The notes under the pieces were generated by a model. It worked only from the letters and a program-made list of their open reading frames with translations, was not told the DNA's origin and searched no databases. Below, piece after piece: positions 19,707 to 27,842 of a stretch of DNA of 54,025 bases; position 1 is the stretch's first letter, and each line of letters starts with the position of its first letter. Location: the IMG/VR virus record IMGVR_UViG_3300030049_000021, positions 1-54,025 of that record; one strand, 5' to 3'. The translations under genes and the position numbers were made by a program. This DNA is from a virus (taxonomy: Duplodnaviria > Caudoviricetes).

Positions 19707-20282
19707 ATGAAGGAGCGCATACCGCTAGCCGAAGGCGTGAAGCTCGCCAATGAGGTCGTAGCGTTGCTCGAAACGTCGTGCGAGCGGCTAGAGGTCGCGG
19801 GAAGTATCCGGCGCCAAAAGGAAACTGTTGGTGACGTCGAGATCGTTTGCATTCCCCGATTCTCGACAGGCGATCCGCAAGGGCTTTTCGGTGACTATGC
19901 GGAGGATGTAAACCGGCAGTTAGAGCGCGTTCAACACCTTTTGGCTGACGGCACATTCGAGCATCGCCTAGACAAGAACGGCCATAAATGCTGCGGCGAA
20001 GGATGTCAGCGATTGCTTTACAAGGGCTTCGCACTGGACATTTTCCCTTGTGTGGGCACTTCGCAATACGGCGTCATCAAACTTATCCGCACGGGCTCCG
20101 GCGACTTTAACAAGCGGTTCGTGTTGCAGTGGTCGCAGGGCGGAACGATCCTCAATGTTGGGTTGCAGATCAAGGACGGCGGTCTTTATGATCGCGGGGT
20201 TTTGATCCCGACGCCAGAAGAGATTGACGTGTTTAATGCGGTCGGGTTGGCTTATCTTGAGCCGCAGGAGAGAGAATCATGA
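19707..20282 (+). CDS. Minimal family X DNA polymerase (pol-beta-like nucleotidyltransferase)
   Basis: AGSIRR.KETVGDVEIV, LDIF, RTGS..FN, EE.DVF...GL.Y..P..R; only 191 aa. Confidence 0.9.
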   Translation: MKERIPLAEGVKLANEVVALLETSCERLEVAGSIRRQKETVGDVEIVCIPRFSTGDPQGLFGDYAEDVNRQLERVQHLLADGTFEHRLDKNGHKCCGEGCQRLLYKGFALDIFPCVGTSQYGVIKLIRTGSGDFNKRFVLQWSQGGTILNVGLQIKDGGLYDRGVLIPTPEEIDVFNAVGLAYLEPQERES

Positions 20283-20569
20283 CCCAGGAGCAAGCGAAGC
20301 GGTTATGTGAGTTGGAGCCTGAACATTTCAAGTGGCGCGGCCAATTGTTGTGGTCTGAGTACGGAATCTTCACTTCTAAATTCGGCGGAGAGATCTATTG
20401 GTGGATGCTCAAGAAAATGCCAGATGTGGTCCTTTGCGCTCCAATTATGGATGGCAACTGGATGTGCGACGACTCGCGGCTCGAACGGTATGGCGCGTCC
20501 AGGGAAACGCCAGAGGAGGCGGTAATCAGCGCCTACATTGAATGGCTGGAATCGAGGCAAGCGCAATGA
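20279..20569 (+). CDS. Hypothetical protein
   Basis: 96 aa, TPEEA...A motif, ATGA overlaps. Confidence 0.6.
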   Translation: MTQEQAKRLCELEPEHFKWRGQLLWSEYGIFTSKFGGEIYWWMLKKMPDVVLCAPIMDGNWMCDDSRLERYGASRETPEEAVISAYIEWLESRQAQ

Positions 20570-20865
20570 CACCTCAAGCGATCCGAAAGTATCGCCTAGC
20601 ATCCGGGCTATCTCAGTCTCAGGCGGCAAAACTTGCTGGCTATCATCAGACCTATTGGTCACACGTCGAACTCGGACGAAAGCCGCCGTCTGAGGCTTTC
20701 CTGACACGCGCCAGGATCGTGTTTGATCTCTACCCGTCGCCGGTTACCGGGATGACACCCTACGCTCAACTTGCGGATCTCCGCAGAGCCGCGCATTTTA
20801 TGGTTGACAATCTCACTGATCAGGATTTACGCTCGGTGTTGGCGATTATGAGGGGGTTGGTGTGA
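20566..20865 (+). CDS. XRE-family HTH regulator
   Basis: IRKYR...GLSQSQAAKLAGYHQTYWSHVELGRKPPS. Confidence 0.85.
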   Translation: MTPQAIRKYRLASGLSQSQAAKLAGYHQTYWSHVELGRKPPSEAFLTRARIVFDLYPSPVTGMTPYAQLADLRRAAHFMVDNLTDQDLRSVLAIMRGLV

Positions 20866-21122
20866 CCCGTCTTCAAGCCCAAATCCTAATCTGTGTCGCC
20901 GCGCTTGGTGATGCGCGGATAGGCGGCATCGATACCTGTTTGCGGTCCATGCGGTGGTTTATCCCGTCGATCGACGGGATCTATTCGCACCTTAACGAAC
21001 TGCGAGACATGGGGTACCTGATCAAAGAGGCAACGGAGATTCCTCTTTACAACAGGAAGCACGTTAGGTGGACCTATCGGCTTACAGACAAGGGGCGAGA
21101 GGCTATCAGGGGGAAGGGATGA
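20862..21122 (+). CDS. Winged-helix (PadR-like) protein
   Basis: S...IY..L..L...GY. and Y.LT..GR.A. Confidence 0.7.
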   Translation: MTRLQAQILICVAALGDARIGGIDTCLRSMRWFIPSIDGIYSHLNELRDMGYLIKEATEIPLYNRKHVRWTYRLTDKGREAIRGKG

Positions 21123-21532
21123 ACAGAACAAACCAATTCACGCAGATCTACGCAAAGGTGCCGACTGTTAGATGCAAGGGTCTTTGCCAGTCCAATTGCT
21201 CGATTATCAGTTGCTCAAACTGGGAGGCATCCAGAGCCCACGAATGTGCGCAACCCAATGATGTCACTGATCCTTACTGGTGCCCTTTCCTTTCGGATGG
21301 CCGTTGCTCTATCTACGAAATTAGGCCGCTTATCTGTAGGCTCTACGGCGCGGCGGTTGGCCTAGAATGTCCACATGGATGCGAGGTCGATGGTGAGCTA
21401 TTGACTAAGAAGGTCGCGGGTGAACTGGTGAACCTTTCGCTATCGGCTGGGCGCGGACAAACGACGCTCAACAGTTTGGAGGCGTTGGAGACGATTGTTG
21501 ATGCGCTTCCAAAAACTCAATATCGCGCCTGA
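21119..21532 (+). CDS. YkgJ-family cysteine-cluster (Fe-S/Zn) protein
   Basis: C...C...C, CPFL.DGRCSIYE.RP.ICRLYG, CPHGC. Confidence 0.85.
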   Translation: MNRTNQFTQIYAKVPTVRCKGLCQSNCSIISCSNWEASRAHECAQPNDVTDPYWCPFLSDGRCSIYEIRPLICRLYGAAVGLECPHGCEVDGELLTKKVAGELVNLSLSAGRGQTTLNSLEALETIVDALPKTQYRA

Positions 21533-21596
21533 TATGGGATTCACTCAAGTGGGCGGGAAAGGTGATATAGTGAAGATCGAAAACGACCGGATGACG

Positions 21597-21762
21597 TATA
21601 ATTAAAGAGCCAGTGGAAGCTGGCCCCGAATGGCACCTCGGGCGACGGACTATTACAGCATGAAATTTCATACCGCAATAAGAACCCTACAGGGGGCGAT
21701 GGGCAGCCGAGTAATAGCGGCTTGGGTGCCAACCTTGCCTACGTCCCTTGTAGGCTTTTTTG
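21597..21762 (+). promoter_or_regulatory. Promoter plus structured attenuator-like leader ending in a terminator, upstream of the replication genes
   Basis: TATAAT at 21597. Hairpins gccag/ctggc and cccga/tcggg. Long stem cctacaggggg.../...tcccttgtagg followed by cttttttg. Loop tggcacc is complementary to ggtgcca at 21725. Confidence 0.6.
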
Positions 21763-21774
21763 TGTGTGAATTTT

Positions 21775-22365
21775 ATGGCTGAAAGAAAAGGCATCCCGAC
21801 CTATTACAAAGGGATTCGTATGCGCTCGCGCCTTGAGACATTGTGGGCGCGTGTATTCGACGCAATGAATCTCAAATGGATTTACGAGCCGACGATAGAG
21901 TTCGCGTCTACCTGCTCGGAAAACTATATTCCTGACTTCCTATTGGTTGACCTCGGCGTACTTGTCGAAGTCAAGCCCACTGTTTCTCACCTTGACGAAC
22001 TGAAGGATCACCCGGAAGTGATGCGGGCCGCTAGATGTTGTGGTTCGATCAATATGCCACTACTAGCCGTGGGGCAATCCTATGTCTACTGGTGGATTGA
22101 CGCCGATGCCGTACTGCTTGGATTTACCTTCCATCCTGATCTTATTGGGGCCGGGACAGGCTACCTCCAACTCATGCCTGGCACTAAAAGGCACGTGACT
22201 TTTGTGATTGCTGGCGATTGGGATGGTTCCCGCAACGTTACTGAATGGGAATGCTCATTCTGGCGAGATCACGATATCCCTATGCCTAATGGTCCGGCGT
22301 TCCCGGACCTTTGGAATCACTGCGTAAACGCCAATCAATGGCAACCTAAGAGGCGCATTCCATGA
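21775..22365 (+). CDS. PD-(D/E)XK restriction-endonuclease-like protein
   Basis: IPT.Y.GI..RSRLE..WA..FD.....W.YEP, YIPDF, VEVKP. Confidence 0.8.
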   Translation: MAERKGIPTYYKGIRMRSRLETLWARVFDAMNLKWIYEPTIEFASTCSENYIPDFLLVDLGVLVEVKPTVSHLDELKDHPEVMRAARCCGSINMPLLAVGQSYVYWWIDADAVLLGFTFHPDLIGAGTGYLQLMPGTKRHVTFVIAGDWDGSRNVTEWECSFWRDHDIPMPNGPAFPDLWNHCVNANQWQPKRRIP

Positions 22366-24209
22366 CTCTTGAAGAGTTCGCTGGCCGCATCGAAGAGGCC
22401 AGGTCTAAGCAGTTCAATGGAGGCCCGTGCTACAAAGGCAGGTGCCCTTCTTGCGCGGCGATGGGGCACGATAAGGACTGTTCTCATTTTGTCGTGTGGG
22501 AAGGTGCCGATGAATGGCTGCATGTCAAGTGCATCAAGGGTTGCTCTGAAGATCAAATTTTAGCGGCGATGGGATTGACCGTGGATGCCCGCAGGGTTAA
22601 GCCGTATGAGCCATCCGTTGGGGCCGAGCAGCTACCCATCCACGTTTACGAATTGATAGGCGGCGGCTACGGTGCCGAGAAGCACCGGAAGGTTAAGGAC
22701 GGCAAGAAATATTGCGTATGGAAGGTGCGATTTAAGGATGGCATCCCTTTACCGAAAGTCGAACACAAGATCGAGCGTGGCCCGAGAAAGGGCGAGACGT
22801 TCGTGGACTATCCAACCCCTGAAATGGCCGGGCTTAACGGTGAACTGGATGTTTTGTACCGGTTTCAAGATGTTCGGCGCGCCATTGACCGAGGCGAAAC
22901 GATCTACATTGGTGAAGGTGAGCCCGCGACGGAGGCCGCTAAGAAAAAAGGGATTTGCCACACATGCCAAAGGGCAGGCGCGGGGCCTAACAAGTGGCTG
23001 CAGGCTTACACCGCTCAACTACGCGGTGCGAAAGAGATTGTCATCGTTGCCGATCGCGATTCGGAAGGCGAGAAGTATTCCATTGAGGTATTCCAGCTTC
23101 TTAGGTCTTCGGGCTTTAACGTGCGCGTCGTTCGCTCGAAAACTGTCCGCGAGCACGACGATTTGAGAGACCATCTTGAGGCGGGGTTCGGGGTGGATGA
23201 ACTTATCCCGGCTCCGGATCTGATGCCCCCGCGTGGGCTTGTCACGGTCCCGGTTGAGACTTACACTGTAGAAGATCCCTCGTTTCTGTTTGGCACTTAT
23301 CTGAGGCGAGCACAAATCAACATCGTGGATGGCGACGGGGGAATAGGAAAAAGCACTTTTGTTTGGGCGCTCGCTGCAGCGGCATCTAACGGCTACGACC
23401 CCCTGGCAAAAGCCGCCATAAAACCATTTAGAACACTCTATTTTGGCAATGAGGATGAAGGCGGCGACGTGCGCTATATCTACGAGAAAATAGGCGGCAA
23501 ACCGGGATTCTTGGAGCATTACAGCAGCCCGTTCAATTTCTCACCGGCAAACCTCGCTTTGCTCAAAGACACCATCATTGACGGTAAGTTCGAGATGGTC
23601 ATTTTTGATGTTCTCGCCTACTTCATGAACGGGCTAGTCAAGGACCTGAACAATGCCGTCGACCTTCAAGGACCGCTTGAAAACCTGCGTAATGTCGCGA
23701 TGCAGACGAGGTGCGGGATTGTCAACCTACGGCATATAGGTAAGTCGAAAGATGGGAAGCCGGTAAGCGATCTAGGTATAGGATCGGTCCAGATAAGAAA
23801 CTCGCATAGATCACAGCTTGTTATGCAATGGCACCCCGACAGAGAGAATCATAAAAAATGCCGCGTTGTGTCTCACGAAAAAGGCTCAGCTCGCGTTGAG
23901 AAAGGCGATCCTTTTGGGTGGTCTTACGAGGGTGGGGAATTCGGCTGGATTGATGTTGAGCCGGACGTGTTCGACGAGCAAAAAGACCCGAACTCGAAAG
24001 GGAAGCGCGAAATGTGCGAGAAATGGCTTCAAACGAACCTCACCGGTATGTGGATGGAGTCAAAGGTGATGTTCGACACTCTCACCGCTTACGGCGTCAG
24101 CAAACGGACAATTGAAACTGCTTGCAAAAAGCTGGACGTGAAATACCGCAAGGACTCTGCGGGAAAATGGTGGAAGACCATCGAACAGAAAGACCCTTTC
24201 CCGGATTAG
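22362..24209 (+). CDS. DNA primase-helicase (Zn finger + TOPRIM + RecA-like AAA_25 helicase)
   Basis: CPSC and C..GC Zn motifs, IYIGEGE, IVADRD..G, DDLRDH, Walker A GDGGIGKS, Walker B MVIFD, RH..K. Confidence 0.9.
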   Translation: MTLEEFAGRIEEARSKQFNGGPCYKGRCPSCAAMGHDKDCSHFVVWEGADEWLHVKCIKGCSEDQILAAMGLTVDARRVKPYEPSVGAEQLPIHVYELIGGGYGAEKHRKVKDGKKYCVWKVRFKDGIPLPKVEHKIERGPRKGETFVDYPTPEMAGLNGELDVLYRFQDVRRAIDRGETIYIGEGEPATEAAKKKGICHTCQRAGAGPNKWLQAYTAQLRGAKEIVIVADRDSEGEKYSIEVFQLLRSSGFNVRVVRSKTVREHDDLRDHLEAGFGVDELIPAPDLMPPRGLVTVPVETYTVEDPSFLFGTYLRRAQINIVDGDGGIGKSTFVWALAAAASNGYDPLAKAAIKPFRTLYFGNEDEGGDVRYIYEKIGGKPGFLEHYSSPFNFSPANLALLKDTIIDGKFEMVIFDVLAYFMNGLVKDLNNAVDLQGPLENLRNVAMQTRCGIVNLRHIGKSKDGKPVSDLGIGSVQIRNSHRSQLVMQWHPDRENHKKCRVVSHEKGSARVEKGDPFGWSYEGGEFGWIDVEPDVFDEQKDPNSKGKREMCEKWLQTNLTGMWMESKVMFDTLTAYGVSKRTIETACKKLDVKYRKDSAGKWWKTIEQKDPFPD

Positions 24210-24212
24210 GGC

Positions 24213-24460
24213 ACCTCCGCAATTCCCGGACCAAAAAGCAACTCCGCAAAACACCTCCGAACTCCGCAAAACGCTCTAAAATTTGCGGAGTTCAGTTCAA
24301 ATCATACCAAAACATTGCGGAGTTCCGCGCGCGCGTGGTTTAGAATCTACTATATAGAGAGACTATACATGCGTATGCGCGTAGTCTCCGGGAAATCATT
24401 GCGGTTTTGCGGAGTTCAGTTCAAATTACTAGGTTTTCGTTTCGGAGTTGATTTGCGGAT
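24213..24460. repeat. Iteron-like repeat cluster (candidate replication origin)
   Basis: Several copies of ctccgcaa followed by inverted ttgcggag copies. 21-bp direct repeat tttgcggagttcagttcaaat at 24282 and 24406. Immediately downstream of the primase-helicase. Confidence 0.65.
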
Positions 24461-25009
24461 AGGGCGTTTTGGTATGCTTCGGGTCCTCTCTTTTAACCAA
24501 AAAGTGTGCATAACCCCTGTATGACCGTGCCGGTCAAGCCAAACCTTCCACCGATTCCAAGCGGAAAATAAGCGAGAGACCGCCTTTTTGGTTTTGGCAT
24601 CCTCTCACTGGTTTCAAACAACCCCCGATTTGCCGTCTGCTTGCCGATTCTAGGCCCGTTACCCCGATTTGGCGTGTTTCCGGGCATAGAGGCGGGTATA
24701 GAGGGCACTAAACGCGAAATTTTCGGAGGGCCGCGCTGCGGGAGTCAATGACCCATCAATGACGGGTAGCCGTTTCCCGTTTAATAACCGGCAAAAAACG
24801 CCCGCGCGCGGAGTGAATTATTGTAAATATTCAGTGAGCGTATCATGAACTGTCGGGGAACTTCGGTGAATGCGGGCGGGATATCATGGATATCTCTTGA
24901 AAAACCGTTGAAATTCACAATAAAACCCGAAGAAAAACGCCGCGCCCGCGCGTGTGCGCGAGTCGAGGGCCCCTTCAGGGCCTTCCGCGCGCGTCCGCCA
25001 ACAAAAGTA

Positions 25010-25471
25010 TTAAGGGCTCGCGACGGCGGATAAGCATGCTTTAGATTTGCTTTTTGACTCGGTGCGTACAATATTTCGGTAGGCTTGAGCGGTCTTTACT
25101 GGTATGCCAAACTCTGCAGCGACTAGGGCTATCTTCTCTGTGCCGTAAAGCATGCTTTTTGTTGGCTCTTCACGGTACCAGCCTTTGATACGTTTGATCC
25201 TCTTTGGTTTATCTGGTGACTTCCTTTTAGCGTCGTTTATAGCGATACTAGCGGTGATCTTATGCTGTTGATTATCGCGATACCATGCGTCAACCCGGGC
25301 CTTTTCGCATCCCTTGCACTCGCCTTTGTACACCCAGTAAGCTGCCCTAGATCGGCGGCGGCCGAACTGATCTAGCATCTTTATGTCACCGCACTTGATA
25401 CACGGTTTTTCGCTCTGTGTGGCTGCAACGGTAATGTCGAACCCCTCGGGAGTAAGTGGATCTCGATTCAT
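25010..25471 (-). CDS. Zinc-finger DNA-binding protein (HNH/EndoVII-type N-terminal CxxC..CxxC, no evident nuclease core)
   Basis: KPCIKCG..K....F ... ECKGC; C-terminal HTH-like VAAEFGIPVKTA. Confidence 0.6.
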   Translation of the reverse strand: MNRDPLTPEGFDITVAATQSEKPCIKCGDIKMLDQFGRRRSRAAYWVYKGECKGCEKARVDAWYRDNQQHKITASIAINDAKRKSPDKPKRIKRIKGWYREEPTKSMLYGTEKIALVAAEFGIPVKTAQAYRNIVRTESKSKSKACLSAVASP

Positions 25472-25791
25472 GCGGCCACTTGGCAGCCGACGGGACCTTG
25501 GCAGACTGGGTAGCCTTCCTCATTGATTCGGCTGATCTCAGCGCGGACGATGTAAACGCAGCCATCGATAATCTCAGCGATGGCGCTGGCTTCGGCGAGG
25601 TTAGCTGTGAGGCTGATTTCCTCCATTGTTGGGTGAGCGAGCAGTGCGTCCTCTTCAATCCAATCTCCCCATTTGGCTAACCAGTTCTCTTGAGCCTGCT
25701 CGATCGAAATAACCTCGGAGTTAATCAGATCACCGAGAGTTCGAATCTCGGTCAATCCTTTTGGGCCTGCGTGGTAGTAAGTCGTGCTCAT
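25468..25791 (-). CDS. Small acidic early protein
   Basis: 107 aa; TATCAT -10 lies 6 nt upstream of the ATG. Confidence 0.7.
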   Translation of the reverse strand: MSTTYYHAGPKGLTEIRTLGDLINSEVISIEQAQENWLAKWGDWIEEDALLAHPTMEEISLTANLAEASAIAEIIDGCVYIVRAEISRINEEGYPVCQGPVGCQVAA

Positions 25792-25846
25792 GGATCTATG
25801 ATACTACAATATTTCAACCCACAACTATTGTTAGAGTTTTATGCAC

Positions 25847-25873
25847 AAAAAAGGCCCCTCGAATAGAGGGGCC
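25847..25873 (-). terminator. Rho-independent terminator
   Basis: ggcccctc-gaata-gaggggcc hairpin with a T-run on the minus strand. Confidence 0.8.
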
Positions 25874-25918
25874 TAGATGGGTTAGTCGGTTGGCTTTTGG
25901 CGGGAGTGGGTAGGGTGG

Positions 25919-26104
25919 CTAGTCGAGTGTATCACCGCCAAGATTCGCCCACATTGTTATACCCGTGATTGACAGATAGCGCTTCCCATTCTCAGAGGCA
26001 TCAAATTCTTGAATTGCATCTCGAGTCGGTTCGATTTTATCGAATTGTTTCTGAGCCCATCGGGCGTCGTTCGCATTTGTTGTTAGTTCGGTTTGAGTGG
26101 GCAT
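25919..26104 (-). CDS. Small hypothetical early protein
   Basis: 61 aa with the shared leader GGGAAGGATGAA(C)ACGAAATG. Confidence 0.7.
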   Translation of the reverse strand: MPTQTELTTNANDARWAQKQFDKIEPTRDAIQEFDASENGKRYLSITGITMWANLGGDTLD

Positions 26105-26153
26105 TTCGTGTTCATCCTTCCCAGATTAACGGCTCTGGGTGGCCGGTGGGTGC

Positions 26154-26357
26154 TTAGTTCTCAGCGTAGTAGGTGCAAAGATTTTCAAGCTCTGAAAACT
26201 CGTCGGCGGTCAAATCGCGAACTTGGCCGTCCGCCTCTTCGACATGGTATCTGATCGTTAGTCCGCTGTCTGCGTCGAGCCCGTTTGATGCGATTGCGAG
26301 ACCTTCAAGTCCGTCGTATGCACTTGTTTCGTCGTCGATTGTGAGTAAGTAGTTCAT
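26154..26357 (-). CDS. Small, highly acidic early protein
   Basis: 67 aa, D/E-rich, leader GGGAAGGATGAAACGAAATG. Confidence 0.75.
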   Translation of the reverse strand: MNYLLTIDDETSAYDGLEGLAIASNGLDADSGLTIRYHVEEADGQVRDLTADEFSELENLCTYYAEN

Positions 26358-26390
26358 TTCGTTTCATCCTTCCCTTGCGGGTATGCATTC

Positions 26391-26419
26391 ATTATGCAGC
26401 CAAACATCATGCTTGGCAA
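26391..26419 (-). promoter_or_regulatory. Sigma70 promoter with overlapping palindromic operator, copy 1
   Basis: Minus strand TTGCCA-17 bp-CATAAT; 28 of 29 bases identical to 27218-27246. Confidence 0.85.
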
Positions 26420-26431
26420 TACTTTCTAAGA

Positions 26432-26659
26432 TTATTTCGACTTTTTATCGTGATCGAACCTGCGATCGTCGGCACCTGGCGCAAGCGGACGGCCACGGGC
26501 TGGAATCACGCGCTTGGCGGGGAAGCCCTCGATGCATATCCGCAGAGATTCTCTGATAATGTCGGTGATCGAAACACCGGAACCCTCCGCCACCTGAGCG
26601 ATTGCGGAGAGCTCGCCCTCAGACCAGTAGATCGTGGTGGATGGGCCGTTTTTTTTCAT
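26432..26659 (-). CDS. Ribbon-helix-helix (CopG/Arc-like) repressor
   Basis: TTIYWSEGELSAIAQVAEGSGVSITDIIRESL is an RHH pattern. Confidence 0.75.
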   Translation of the reverse strand: MKKNGPSTTIYWSEGELSAIAQVAEGSGVSITDIIRESLRICIEGFPAKRVIPARGRPLAPGADDRRFDHDKKSK

Positions 26660-27006
26660 GCCAGCACGCTCTGAAAGAATTCGATAGCGGCAGTCGATCC
26701 AACAGAGCAGCACAGCGTGCTTGGGAGGTGGACGTACACACGGTTGTTACCAGCCGTGAATTCGATTTGCGCTGATACCATTGGTGCGGTTAGATATGTC
26801 CTCGGGTCGAACGGAATAATCTTGGTCGCGTAAAGCGTTGCGGTGATCGTCGCGGGTTCGCTTTGGTCTGGGCGTGGGGCAAGCGCAATACTGTCGGCGC
26901 TCAATTCGAGCCTTACACCCTCAATAGCTGGAAGGCTTTGAGTGAAGATTGATTTGATGCCAGCCAATACAAGGGTGTCGATTTCAGTTGCGGTGAGTGT
27001 TTTCAT
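26656..27006 (-). CDS. Hypothetical early protein
   Basis: 116 aa, leader AAGGACAAAACGAAATG, ATGA overlap with the RHH gene. Confidence 0.7.
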   Translation of the reverse strand: MKTLTATEIDTLVLAGIKSIFTQSLPAIEGVRLELSADSIALAPRPDQSEPATITATLYATKIIPFDPRTYLTAPMVSAQIEFTAGNNRVYVHLPSTLCCSVGSTAAIEFFQSVLA

Positions 27007-27039
27007 TTCGTTTTGTCCTTGTTTTCAGATCGTAGCTGT

Positions 27040-27210
27040 TCAGTTCCATCCTTTCGGTGCGAGTGGGTCTGCTTGTCTTTCAGCTAACGGGCGGTAGTCG
27101 CCAACGAATCCAGCGGCGTCGATTGAGCATCCTGGAATCGTGAATCCAACCTCTTCCGTTGCCTTAACCATCGTTACCAGTTCTTCGTCGATTGCCTTAA
27201 GTGTATTCAT
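27040..27210 (-). CDS. Small leaderless early protein (56 aa, not in the ORF track)
   Basis: ATG 7 nt after the CATAAT -10. MNTLKAIDEELVTMVKATEEVGFTIPGCSIDAAGFVGDYRPLAERQADPLAPKGWN. Confidence 0.65.
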   Translation of the reverse strand: MNTLKAIDEELVTMVKATEEVGFTIPGCSIDAAGFVGDYRPLAERQADPLAPKGWN

Positions 27211-27217
27211 GTCTCAT

Positions 27218-27246
27218 ATTATGCAGCCAAACATCATGTTTGGCAA
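27218..27246 (-). promoter_or_regulatory. Sigma70 promoter with overlapping palindromic operator, copy 2
   Basis: TTGCCA-aacatgatgtttggctg-CATAAT; contains the perfect inverted repeat GCCAAACAT-n-ATGTTTGGC. Confidence 0.85.
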
Positions 27247-27266
27247 CTAAAAGCGAGAAAATATGC

Positions 27267-27299
27267 AAAAAAAGTCCCCGGCTATCAACCAGCCGGGGA
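27267..27299 (-). terminator. Rho-independent terminator
   Basis: tccccggct/agccgggga hairpin with a T7 tail on the minus strand. Confidence 0.8.
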
Positions 27300-27310
27300 A
27301 TGCGTGGGCA

Positions 27311-27526
27311 TCAGTAGAGCGGCAGTTGCCGTATGTGAGCGACCGCCGATTGAATACGATCGTGAAACTCCAGACTGTTCAGGTTCGCGAGCGCGGCGGC
27401 CATGCCGTGTGTGGCGATTCGCGCCGCTTTAGCGATATCATCACGGTTTACGGTCACGATCTCGCTCGGATAAAGCCGATCTCCAAACGAGTCCAGCGCA
27501 TCGGTGTTTTCAAACGGCATTGTCAT
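27311..27526 (-). CDS. Hypothetical protein
   Basis: 71 aa from the ATG at 27526, directly after the upstream stop. Confidence 0.6.
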   Translation of the reverse strand: MTMPFENTDALDSFGDRLYPSEIVTVNRDDIAKAARIATHGMAAALANLNSLEFHDRIQSAVAHIRQLPLY

Positions 27527-27527
27527 G

Positions 27528-27842
27528 TTATTTGACTCCAAAATACTTCTCAATCTCAGCGGTAAACCCGTGCTCATACAGCCATAGCCGGGCGTCGGAC
27601 GGGCTGAGCGCCAACAGTTTCGTACCGGCCACCTGCAAACCCTTTTCGTCGCGACTCGCGTAAGGCGTGAGGCTCCCGCCGACCCCAACGATAAACCAGT
27701 TGCCAAACATGGACCGATAAAGTTCTTCCGTGCGGTGGTGCAGCTCGCTCACCATCTGGCTGCTAGGGGCCTTTGCCGAGGCGATCATCTTTGTACCAGG
27801 TGCGTCCGTGTCGTATACGCTTTGTTCAATTTTTCGCCTCAT
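27528..27842 (-). CDS. Hypothetical protein
   Basis: 104 aa; YDT ... E.LY....G.WF..G.GG....Y ... L....A..W pattern common in small phage proteins. Confidence 0.7.
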   Translation of the reverse strand: MRRKIEQSVYDTDAPGTKMIASAKAPSSQMVSELHHRTEELYRSMFGNWFIVGVGGSLTPYASRDEKGLQVAGTKLLALSPSDARLWLYEHGFTAEIEKYFGVK

